The notes under the pieces: generated by a model
Database searches by the model: none
What the model was told of the DNA's origin: nothing
The model's input: the letters and a program-made list of their open reading frames with translations, nothing else
Assembly (NCBI RefSeq): GCF_009914755.1
Contig: NC_060933.1
Source: the human T2T-CHM13v2.0 reference genome, Homo sapiens
Length of the DNA stretch: 64,000 bases
Direction: 5' to 3' (one strand)
Part shown: positions 1-11,322 of the stretch, piece by piece
How the letters are laid out: every line of letters begins with the position of its first letter
How positions within the stretch are numbered: position 1 is the first letter of the stretch
Made by a program: the position numbers and the translations under genes

Positions 1-140
1 TTTCACCACACCATTGTTTTACTACATATTTTATTGTATGTGTATTGTGTTAAATATACATTTTGTGTATTTAAAAATGTGTGGAAAATGTTAGACCATC
101 TCCCTTTTTTCCACCTTCCCTTTTACCCTTTACTGCCATT

Positions 141-208
141 TACATCCACACATCCACACACACATACATCCACACATCCACACACACATACATCCACACA
201 CACACATA
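141..208. repeat. CA-rich minisatellite, 24-bp unit TACATCCACACATCCACACACACA (~2.7 copies)
   Basis: Tandem unit directly visible; explains the THPHTH pseudo-ORF. Confidence 0.85.
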
Positions 209-330
209 CTGACCAAAATTAATTTCGATATACGAATGGGTTATTTGAAGCGAAAAGTCAATCTATATTAGTAAAAGTGTCATGCCAGTATGAATTATAT
301 TTATAATCCTTTCAAGAAGAAAGAACTTGC

Positions 331-658
331 GGCGGGGCGCTGTGGCTCACGCCTGTAATCCCAGCACTTTGGGAGGCCGAGGCGGGCTGATCATGAGGTC
401 AGGAATTCAAGACCAGTCTGGCCAAGATGGTGAAACTTCGTCTCTACTAAAAATACAAAAAAATTAGCTGGGCGTGGTGGCGGGCGCCTGTAATCCCAGC
501 TACTCGGGAGGCTGAAGCAGAGAATTCCTTAAACCCGGGAGGCGGAGGTTGCAGTGAGCCAAGATTGTGCCACTGCACTCTAGCCTGGGCGAGAGAGCAA
601 GACTCCGTCTCAAACCAAAAAAAAAAAAAAAAAAAAAGAAAGAAAAAGAAAAAGAAAA
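331..658 (+). mobile_element. Alu (AluS-type), full length
   Basis: Both arms, A-tail, TSD AAGAAAGAACTT on both sides. Confidence 0.95.
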
Positions 659-792
659 AAGAAAGAACTTCCTTAATTTTTTGAAGAGACTATTCTGTAT
701 CCATTTTATAATTTTGTGGCCACTGAAAAAGGTATATTAAATCACAGACACAGTGAATGTAGTAAGTGGTAGTTTAAAATGTTAAAATGTTA

Positions 793-1093
<301 letters not shown>

Positions 1094-1409
1094 CTATTCT
1101 AATTTTTGAATGCAATCACAGCCTCTAACAAAACAGCCTCGTTACACTAATTCGCTGATAATGAATTCTTAAGTAAAAGGGGAATTCCATAGAAATATAT
1201 ATGGCTCTTTTATGTTTAAGAAAAGTAAGAGCCTGAAAAACAGATGTGTTCTGTAAAACTGAATTACTTTCTATCCAGTTCCACTGGTTCCACTGTTTTA
1301 TATCTTTATATTAAAACATATATAAATGATTGATGATTTTTTTTCTTTTAGACGCTGCTGCTGAATCCATGGAGAGAAAAAGGATAAATTTCCAGAACTA
1401 TGGTCCCTG

Positions 1410-4400
1410 TGCTCCAGTTCGCCAGGCGGGCGCGGCGGAGACGGAGACCGAGGAACGCGGCTGGGGCCATGCGGCGCTACCGCGCGTGGTGGCGCTGTGT
1501 CTGGTCTGAGGCTTCTGCTCGCTCCTTTACGCCTTCAGCCAGCTCCCCGTGTGCCCGGAGGAAGGAGCGGGCGGTGGTGGCGGGAAGCCGCAGGCCGCAG
1601 TGGCTTCCTGGCTGGCGGGAGGCGGATGCGGTGCTGTGAGAGGTGCGAGCAGCGCTTGTCCCGCTGCGCATCCCCGCAGGTGGGACAGGTGTAGTCTGAA
1701 AATACAGCCTGTTGAGAAAATGTATCTAGGTGAAAGACTGGAAGAAACTATGACCATGTTGAAGTCTATTATTTTCAGGATCAAACCTCTTCAATTCCAG
1801 ATTTTTGCTGAAGATCAACTACATCATAGCTTTAAAGGAAGGCTTGACAGGGGTCATTTCTACAAATATTTAATTATACAATATACTCCATAACCTTTCC
1901 AAGTGAGAATGCAGCAGAGTGGAAAAACTCTTTAAACCATGTGGTTTGCAGAGATTGTCCTTGCCGTTATTCCTGAAAGAAGTTGACTCTCACACTGATA
2001 GCCTTTTTAAAAGACCAGCTGATAATATTTGGTCTTTACTAAAGAAATTTAATTCCACACAAATTCTGCAATGGCCCCAGAACACAAGGAATGTCAAATA
2101 GGATGGTATAGTCGCTTTGCTAGGCATCCATAGTGTGGAAAAGCTGGAGTAAACTCTGGAGTTATGTTGACAAACATGACTTGAATGAGAAGGAAGTATT
2201 TCAAGAATAATATGACAACTGTGTGACTACAATGAGGAGATATACTTATGACATGGCTTAAAATATACAAGTTAAACATTACATGGGTGATCAAGATCTG
2301 TTGGATATCCTGTTTTTTCATAATCCAGAAAGCCTTTTTGTCTTTCCGTGTCAATGGAAGTGTCGTCCAGATCACTGTCTATATGGAAGCAGTTGCCAAG
2401 AAGCAGAAGAAGGAATCTTTATTTTTCACGGGAACAGAGGTGTTTACCATGATGATAAGCAACCAGCATTTAGAGCTGTTTATGAAGCACTGAGAAATTG
2501 TTCTTTTAAGATGACAATGTTCATTCATTAATAAAACCTTTAGAATTGGAACTACAAAAAATAGTGCATACATACCGTGGAAAAATTTACTAAATATTTA
2601 TCAAACAATTAGCAAAAACGTAAGAGATCGCTATGTCAGATCACCAAAGGAAAGGTGATTCTTGTTGCCTGCTACATCAAATGGATGAAAAGAACAAAGC
2701 ATCAGAGGATAAGTATGAAGGAACTGTCTTGGGTGAAGCATTAAGGCAGGAATTATTCATCTACAGAATTTTTTTTTTCCTGAAGAGGTTAAATGAGCAG
2801 TATTTTCAGGTAATGAAGAATAAGTTAAAATCTTGGGCTTCAACAAAGAAAAATTTTTGGCCTCTGATGTTGTGTAATGTTACTTACTATCATTCCAGTA
2901 TTGATGAAAATATTATTGAATGGTTTTAGCCTGCAAACTTCTGTTGACTCATACTCTCAAGAGTGGTGGGGCTGTGAAAATGAAGAAAATGTACCTCAAA
3001 CACAGTGCAAACACTCAGATGGTGAGTAGAGCGATAATTTTATGTCAGCACTAACCTCACTTTAAATGTGTGAGAGAGAAGTTTGTCTACAGGAGTAGAA
3101 ACAGTTCTGTTTCTAAATAAATGTGATGTAACCAATGTAACCATGGATGATCTATATCTGCCTTTACACATTTCATCTCTGTTTTAAAATATTTTTATGA
3201 TAATCATATTTAAAATTGTTTTTAGATTATAAGGAAGCTGCATGTTAAAAATTGAGCTGTATAAGAAAGAGGAAATATAGTGAAAACTTTGGGGTTTTAA
3301 TCTGTGCATGTGAGAGAGAGTGAGAAATATAGTGTTTTCATTGTGTATGCATTAAACTGTCTTGCTAAAACTCAGATCTAAGATTGTTAAGTAGATATTT
3401 GGGGAACTTTTTTATCACTTTAAATGAAAAATTTCAGCCTTACTGGGCATTCTGGAAGCAAAATATGTTATGCTGATGATAAAGTGAGAACCTTAAGAAT
3501 ACACTCATTTGATGGCGGAAAATGTGATGGACCAAAATGCAGAAGCTATACACGTCCTGTGAGTAGTAATTTTAGTTACAATGCAGTAGGAAAATGTGGC
3601 GCATTTAAACATTTCTTCTACCTCATAATGGCTTTGCAAGATACTTGTAAAGAAGCAAATGTCTAGAGCCTTACTTTAAGAAAGTTAAACAACTTTGGTG
3701 AATGATTTGGATTAAGATTGTTACATCCAGCTATAGAAATGTGGTTTCAATAGGGTTGATGTGAGTGAGTACCTTCCTTTTTTGAATACCACTTAAAACA
3801 GTTAACTTTTTAAGTCTTGAAGATGAGAAAAATATTACTTATCTAATATAACTATTTTAATAGTTATCTAATTTATAGTTATCTACTATAACTATACATT
3901 CTGAATACTTAGCATGTACTGTGCTGGGGCACATATGTTATTTTCCCAGCTGCTAAACGATTATCTTCCTTTTCTCCCTGGTATTTTAATGCTCAAGTAG
4001 AAAATGGAAAATCATGAAGGAAAAATATCACTTGTGAAAATCGTGGCAGTTAGCTTTATGAAGACACAGTGGTCTCTGTGGGGACATGGGATATGCAGAA
4101 AGAGATGGCTAGTACAGTTGTTCTGTCTTCTGCAGTTCAGTCAGGGACATATTGAGAGAGGAAAGTTTAAGCAGGTACATTAGAAATTGATAACCAGCCC
4201 AGCATTCTTAGAACAGATGGGTTTAGAGAACACGAGTTGTAGTTCCTTGGCAGAATGCCATGGTGGATATGAGAAACTGTGAACTGTGTTGAAATTGAGC
4301 TTGAGCAGAAAATGAGAATACTACAAATTTGAAGTTCAGAGGGTATGCATTAGATTATTTCTAATGGTCCCCATATATGATCATTGCCTGCCTGACTATA

Positions 4401-4496
4401 TAAGACTCCTGTTGGGAGCTTGAGAACAGATTGCTGAGCTTAGCCCTTTGGAGACTCTGGTATGCTGTGTCTGGGATGGAGTCTGCAAAAAAAAAT
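1410..4496 (+). pseudogene. GXYLT1P: Processed pseudogene of GXYLT1 (glucoside xylosyltransferase 1, GT8 family); CDS remnant 1469-2658 plus 3'UTR-like sequence, 3' limit approximate
   Basis: Intronless; peptides [112 protein letters not shown] and SPKER* in shifting frames; several frameshifts and deletions; A-tract at ~4487. Confidence 0.95.
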
Positions 4497-5164
4497 TTAA
4501 AGAAGAGACTTAAAAATTATACAAAACTAGAATAGTGCTTTGGTACTATCAGATTACTTGGGGGCTATTCCCACTTCGATTCTTCATATAGAGGATGTGA
4601 ACAGAGAAACATGCAGATAAATCAGTCAATGCCAACTGCTGGGGGAAACGTCCATAGTCTGCAGGTTCCCACAGAAAGGATAGCACTTCCATCCTCTCCC
4701 ATGAGGGAAAAACAAAGGAGAAAAGCTTTTGGCCTCTCACCATAAGCTCATTCAGTCCTCCCCTTGGGAAGAGAAATGACTTAACTGAGGAATGTGCTTG
4801 AAAGTAGCTGTACTGGTGAAACTCATCCTCTGTGGGTTTCTCTCTCTTTCAGAGTCAGCTCTCTTCAGGATGCGCATTTATTTCTCCCTTTGGAGGAGGC
4901 CTCAGTCCAGCTCAGCCAAGGACTGAAAGGCACATCTGGCTAATTCAAGACTGAGGTATTGGGAGGTCCCCTTGGCCCCAGATCTATGATATGTTCTCGA
5001 GTCCTGAGACCTGCTGACTCTCGTATGTCTTTTCTCAGTTGGGTCATATCTTGGGGTTATTTGTGTTCCCAGCTCTAACAGGAAGGTTCCTAAGCACTCA
5101 TTTCTTCTTAACCAATTTCTGAAGGTAAAATGTTGGTGAAGAGTGCTCTTTTCTTCCTGCTACC

Positions 5165-5385
5165 ATTAATTGGTGTTTATTTTGTGTCAGGCACTGTTGA
5201 GTATTTTACATTTCTTATCCAGTTTGATCTTTACAGCAACTTTATATGACAGACATTGTTCCCCCATTTTTCAGGCTAGAAATCTGAGGCCCAGTGTCCC
5301 ACAATGGCTGTGTGGTGACACTAGGCTTTGAGCACAGATGGTTGACTTCCAAAGCCTATGTTCCTAACCATTATGCCACTCTGTG
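5165..5385 (-). mobile_element. MIR
   Basis: MIR core reverse complement CCCCATTTTTCAGGCTAGAAATCTGAGGCCCAG. Confidence 0.75.
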
Positions 5386-5484
5386 TTGTGACAGCGCCAA
5401 ACATACTTTCATTCATATATATCTTTTAACTGATCATGTTCTTGTGTGATTTCTTTCAGAAAGGCTTTTACATCAAATATTGAT

Positions 5485-5645
5485 AATGATAATAATAATG
5501 AACATATGTTGAGCACTTACCATGTCTCAAGCACTGCTCTAGAGCTTCCCATGAAAGAACCCCTCTAATCTTCAGAACAACCCTGTGAGGTAGGTGCTAC
5601 TATTACTCTGTTTTCACAAGTAAAGAAACTAAGCACAGCAGATCC
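5485..5645 (-). mobile_element. MIR
   Basis: ATAATAATG...TTGAGCACTTACCATGT...AACAACCCTGTGAGGTAGGT...AAAGAAACTAAGCACAG. Confidence 0.8.
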
Positions 5646-7259
5646 ACAGTCATTCTGTAGGATGCTGTGTAGAATGGCTCCCGGGACACTGGGAAAGCTC
5701 TTCTGCACCTCAGTATCTTCTTTACTGGTTCATTAATGTCTGATATTCCTGCATGAGAAAGCACAACATAGACAGAAAGCTTAATATGTATATACACACA
5801 CTGAGAGATAAGGCATTGACATAACATCTCATTATAGGTATTAGAAATGCAGTCTCAAGAGCAGGTTCTCGTGGGGTGACAGGCAGGGTATTCTAGGGGA
5901 AGGAATATCCCAAGAAAGGTGGCATTACAAAGGAAGAGGAGAAAGAAAGATGTAAATGAGGAGACACTGATTTTCTTCCATTGCAAAGTTTTCCAAGGCT
6001 GGCCCCTTTTCTATTACATTCTTACCCAGTAACTCATACTTTCCCTAGAGCTCTTGCAAGAAAGAACTATTGAGAAAGTAGCCCATCTGAAAGTACATTT
6101 CCTGCTGTTTATCTGCTTCCAGAACTGGCTGAAGTTTACTTTTTGGTTCTCCAGAGACCTAGCTTCTTCCAATGTGGTCTATTTAATCTCCTGTCATGTG
6201 GGAAATTATATTCAAAATCTCCATGATCCTCTGTCCATAGTAAGTTATGCATGTAGTGAGAAGTACATGCCACAAGGTCTTGAGATTATATCTGCAATGT
6301 GTTGCTGCTGGCTGTTGATCAAGATAGGCTGGGAGAAAATCATTTTCAGGTGTGAAAAACTGTCACCTTTATCAAATAATTCTTCTTGCATATTTCCCAA
6401 GACGTTGTAGCCTGTTTAAACTTGGGAGGTTAATTTTGTAGCATTCATTATGACCGAAAATGTAGTTCACACAATCATGATGCTCTCTTTATTAGGTGTT
6501 ACTGTTAAACAATATTAAAATACACACAATGTGGCTGGTCTTTTGTAAGCTACATGGCATGTTTACTTCTTTGCCAGGTTTCTTAATTGCATCTCTTCAT
6601 CTTTCCGAATACCAGTGTCACTGTCACCCACAATATTTGCTGTTTTGAGCACATGGTTTACCTTTTATTTTGCCCAATAATAGAATATGATGGGGACATC
6701 TTATCTGAGTGTTTCATAGTATGCTGTAGTTTGAATTCTTGGCTGTTGGTTTCCCAGAGTCCCAGCTCCTGCCACTGCATTCTGCCTTTGTAAATGGAGA
6801 ATAATGGCTCTAAAAAAAATTCACCTAAGAATCTCATGATAGTGGAGAGGGAGGACCATGGAAATGCTAAAGCCACCCACTCGGCTTCTGTAAATCATGC
6901 AGAGGATCAGGAAAATGATTGAAAGTAACGTATCCCAAACAAAGCAGTCAGCTGTACAATTCAAGACCTGTGTCTGGCTGTAAAAAAAACAAAAAACAAA
7001 CAAACAAAAAACACAAACAAACAAAAAAATGGAAAGAATAACCTTGCTACTCATCTTGTTCAAAAAACTGGAGCAGATTGAGTATCTAGACTCAGTTTCA
7101 GAAGAAATGTTAAATACTGACAGGGGCATATTCAAGATCTTTAGGATTTTTTCGGGGGAGGAGAGGGGAACATAAAAAAGCAATAATAAAGATAAATTTG
7201 AATGCAGGAAAAATACACATAATCCATGAATCTAACACCTGTTTTCGCATGTTTATCAT

Positions 7260-7615
7260 CTTTGTCCCTATGTAGAGCTATGTTTTCTTTCATAGTTGCA
7301 GTCATAGAATATATTCTATTCTCTAAGCTTTTATCCTTCAACATTATAGGAGAATGTTGTTCCATGTTACCACATAGCCAACTGTTTCAAAACTTGTCTA
7401 GTAAATTCTGTGCTGTTGTTTTCACAGGGAGAAACATGCACATGTATATTACTTTTTTTTTTCTGTTGAATCATACTCTTGGAATAAATTTTTTTCAGTG
7501 AGGTTTTTGGTTCCAAAAAGTATAAACATTTTGGTGATCTTTAGTAAGTTGTATTGCTTTCCAAAGAAGTGATAGGAATTATACTTGCCACCCCAACAGT
7601 GAAAGAATTGCAATT
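7260..7615 (-). mobile_element. Old L1 (L1ME-type) 3' fragment
   Basis: Antisense L1M motifs such as ATTGCTTTCCAAAGAAG...TATACTTGCCACCCCAACAGTG. Confidence 0.55.
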
Positions 7616-8419
7616 TAATTTCAATGTAAAAGAGGATGCTACTGTTGCTATTATATTTTCTATTATAATGAAAACCGTTAAAGATTTAAACCAAGCTGGA
7701 TTGTCTTTCAGGAGCTGCTGTTAAATGAATACCTTGATATCTTCGTTCTTGGAGAGAAATGAGCCAAGGAGGAAGACCATCTAAAAAAAACCACTAGACA
7801 ATTTGTGCTCACTGGAGTGGTCTCTGCTGGGCAAAAGGTCTTTAGAATGACTCGTGGATTTTCTGGCAAGTGGCAAACCATACAAGTGCTATGTCAGGCC
7901 AGGGAGACAGGTGCAGCCCTGTCAGTGTCAAAGAAGAACACTGGTAGCAGAAGAGCTAAGAGTGAATGAAAATTGAATTATCTTTATTTCTAGGACTTGT
8001 CTATTGAGAAACAACAGTGCTGGCAACCATTTACAACCAAAAAGAGGCAGTTCCAAGAGAAGAATATAAAATATGCTCTGCTCAATCCCACGAAACTCAG
8101 AGTGTCTCACAATGGCCAATTTCTTATTTTTACCCTGTCCAGAGACAAGGAAGGATGCATCAGGGAGCTGCTAGCCTCTGCGATGAATAACTTGAGTCAG
8201 GCTGCAACATGTGAAAGAATTCAGCTGATCAGGATTTATAACACTAGCTGGATTTTTTGCTTTCTTTGGGGTTCATGAAGCATGGTGTTGTGAGATACCA
8301 CAGGAGTCCCAGAGTAAAGTTACATACCTATTTCTCTTCCTTATTTTTATTTTTTTGGCATGTTCATACTATTTTATTACCAACATCGTTGGCATCCCTG
8401 AGTATGAGAGTTCAGAAGA

Positions 8420-8583
8420 AACTTAGAGGCTATTGTCTGATTCAATCCTTGCAGCTTACAAAAAGAAATGTGGGGAGCAGTCACTGTGTGACTAGCCTGA
8501 GGTCACTCAGGAAGTTAGAGGCAGAACTGCAGCCAGGGTCACCTCTCTTTACTGCTACTAGTGTGCTCTTTCTACTGCACCCT
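8420..8583 (-). mobile_element. MIR
   Basis: TGACTAGCCTGAGGTCACTCAGGAAGTTAGAGGCAGAACTG...TGTGCTCTTTCTACTGCACC. Confidence 0.7.
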
Positions 8584-9639
8584 GATCATAAAACATCTCC
8601 CAACCCAGGAACAAGGTCTACCGCATAGGTGGGCACAGCAGCGTGATCACTCTCTCAGTCATCTGTACTCCTCCTTTGCTTTGACCAAAGACACAGGAAG
8701 GGACCTTTTGCCCCACATAAAACACCTCTCAGAGGCTTGGCAACAACAACAGATAATAGAGAGCATTGACCTAAGACCAACATTTCAACCATGGTGTCAA
8801 AACAATATTTTATTTCAGCAAAGAAAAACTATGTCACAAGTGGATTATTATTACTAATAATCAGACTAGTGGTACTTGCGAATGACTTGGTTTCATACTC
8901 ACACTTGGACAACTATGCACACTGAGTATAACTGACCTTATGAGAACATCATTCTCACTAAGATTATGATGTGCTTTCTCACGTGGGAACTGTACATAAT
9001 ATTGCGTGTACACTTGGGAGGATGTCCTGCCTGTGATGTTGTCTTTCAGGGGAAGAAGAATGGTTGAGAACTGAGGGTATATTAAACATTTACTCCTCCA
9101 GATTTTTCAAGATTTCTGTTAAGCCAGATCAGAAGAAACCCATCTATTTGGATTGCATCACTCTAACCTGGTAAGTCGAATTGTCTACACAGAATTATAA
9201 TTTCACGATATGTCCAGATTACTTACCGAGAGCCAATTTGAGACACCAACAGGACTAGTAAAACATCTTTGCACTGTGGGTAGCGTTGCTATCAAAGACC
9301 TTATACATTATGCCATTCAAGAACCTTTATATTAAGATCCTTATGGAAAATCCTTCCCAAAGTTTAACCCTATGATAAAGGGATTTTTTCTCCTGGTAAC
9401 ATAGTGGGCAATTGGGAACTGTTTAACCCAATGCATTGATTTCATTGATTGTTTTGGTTGCCGAGAAGTATGGATGCTCAGAATAGGTTTTCTTGTTTTC
9501 AACTTCTAATTCCTTTATTTAAATTGTAATAAATGTTTCCCTTTACTTCTTTCCTTTTTCTTTTTAAGAAATTTAATGTATTTCATAATAAATTATAAAT
9601 TATCAATAGATCAATTAGCATAGAATAGTTTGGAATAAT

Positions 9640-10250
9640 GCTTAGAGATCTCCCATTGAAAAAGACCCCAGTACCATAGGGTTCACAGCTGAGTGTTAAC
9701 TGAACTTGAACAAATTCTGATTTTATTTAAAATGTTCAAAGCCTAGAAAAAAAACTCCTGCAGATCACATGGGGCACATAATAACTAAAAAAAAAAGAAA
9801 CAAAGAGGGGTGGCTTTCTTCAATTAATTTTATAGTGTAATATCAAAGCTTAATAGTTAATATATTTCATCTAATGTAGAATGTCAATGTTTAGAAATCA
9901 GACATTATTTCATGTACCATTAGAGATATACTGCCAATTAAACTGTGACTTCCTTAGCAAAAGCAAAAAAAGGAATTTTAAAGATATTAAAACATGTAAA
10001 GAAGAATATAAGCACTATACTCCCAACCCCTTCAAGTAACATGTTAATATTTTATTGCATTGGTTTTCAGTAATTACTTTTAATAAAATAAATCATTATT
10101 AGCTAATGTTCCACCCCTACCACTCCAATCTCATTCTCCTTCTAGGTCCCCCAGGCCCAATTGCTAAAATAAATTTGTTGTACACTTTAAAGTCAATTTT
10201 CTATACGTTTGCACATAAATATGTGCATTCGTAGAAAGTATTTTTGTGCC
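9640..10250. mobile_element. Degenerate old L1M fragments (both orientations)
   Basis: AAGACCCCAGTACCATAGGGTTCACAGCTGAG (ORF2 KxPGPDGFTAE-like) followed by antisense L1ME-like 3' sequence. Confidence 0.45.
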
Positions 10251-10881
10251 GAGAAGGTAGAATAAGCCCTTCAAAGTTGTTGATGTTCAGATTCCAGTTG
10301 GCAAAAGTCTTACACATGTGGCATTAAATATTTTCAGTATTAAACATGCACATTCCACAAGTTCAGCAGTTCTGTAATATACATCCAGAGTCTGCCCTGA
10401 GGGATGCTTACAACCTTAGTATAAACTCTCACTCACCCCTTTTAGAGAATAAAACTTACACCTATGTAATGACCAGTCCAGGTACAAGGGTGTCCTCTGA
10501 GAACATTCAGGAGAAAGAGTGGTGGCATCGGCAGGAAAGTGCAGTGGAAAGGAGGAGCTGACTTTGGCAGGAAAAAGAACGATATTACTTTGAATTTATC
10601 AACTCTGACATAACATCCTGATAAAAAGTGCCATATCCAAATCACGTTGAAGATTCTCAAAGGACAGTACCAAAGTTGAATAAAAACACAGTGCCTCAAA
10701 TGGGAAGTGGTATAGAAAGGCCTGAGGCTGGGGTATGGAGGCACACGGTGTGCCGAGAACGAGGGAAGAGAAGAGTGAACAACTGCTCGGGGTCGGGTTG
10801 CATTGATGGCGAGAGATGGGTGTAACATGCATTTATGAGGACAGACATGATCAGGTTTAAAGAAAAAGAATTTTTTCTTTT

Positions 10882-11322
10882 TCCAGCAGTCCCACTATGG
10901 GGCATTTATCTACAGGAAAGGAAATCAGCATATTTAGGAGATACCTGCACCCTCATGTTTATAGCAGCCACTATTCACAGTAGCCAAGATTAGAATCAAC
11001 CTAAATGTCCAAAAACATAACAGATTAAAAATGTAGTATCTATTCACAGTGGAGTACTATTTAGCCGTAAAAATAATGAAATCCTGTCCTTGGCTGCAAC
11101 ATGGATCAGCCTGGAACACTACATTAAGTGAAATAACCTAGGCACAGAATTATAAATCTTGCATGTTCTCACTCATATGTGGGAGCTAAAAAAAAACGAA
11201 CTGAGCTCATGGAAGTGGAGAGTAGAATTCTGGTTATTACAGGCTGGGGAGAGCAACAGGGAGAAGAGGACAGGGAGAGGTTGGTTAACAAATACAAACT
11301 TACAGCTAGATAGGAGTAATGA
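10882..11322 (+). mobile_element. L1MA-type LINE-1 3' fragment, truncated at the CNN2 pseudogene
   Basis: CCAGCAGTCCCACT...CATGTTCTCACTCATATGTGGGAGCTAAAAAA...GGTTGGTTAACAAATACAAACTTACAGCTAGATAGGAG. Confidence 0.88.

Larger units (their letters stand above)
6794..9533 (+). mobile_element. Ancient decayed L1-clade LINE fossil (ORF1 RRM/CTD remnant plus ORF2 C-terminal remnant), interrupted by L1ME and MIR
   Basis: 7994-8170 reads DLSIEKQQCWQPFTTKKRQFQEKNIKYALLNPTKLRVSHNGQFLIF (L1 ORF1 CTD-like); 8650-8860 reads SHLYSSF...KHLSEAWQ...KLCHKW/YY (L1 ORF2 C-terminal-like); AATAAA at 9528; 5' limit is tentative. Confidence 0.6.
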
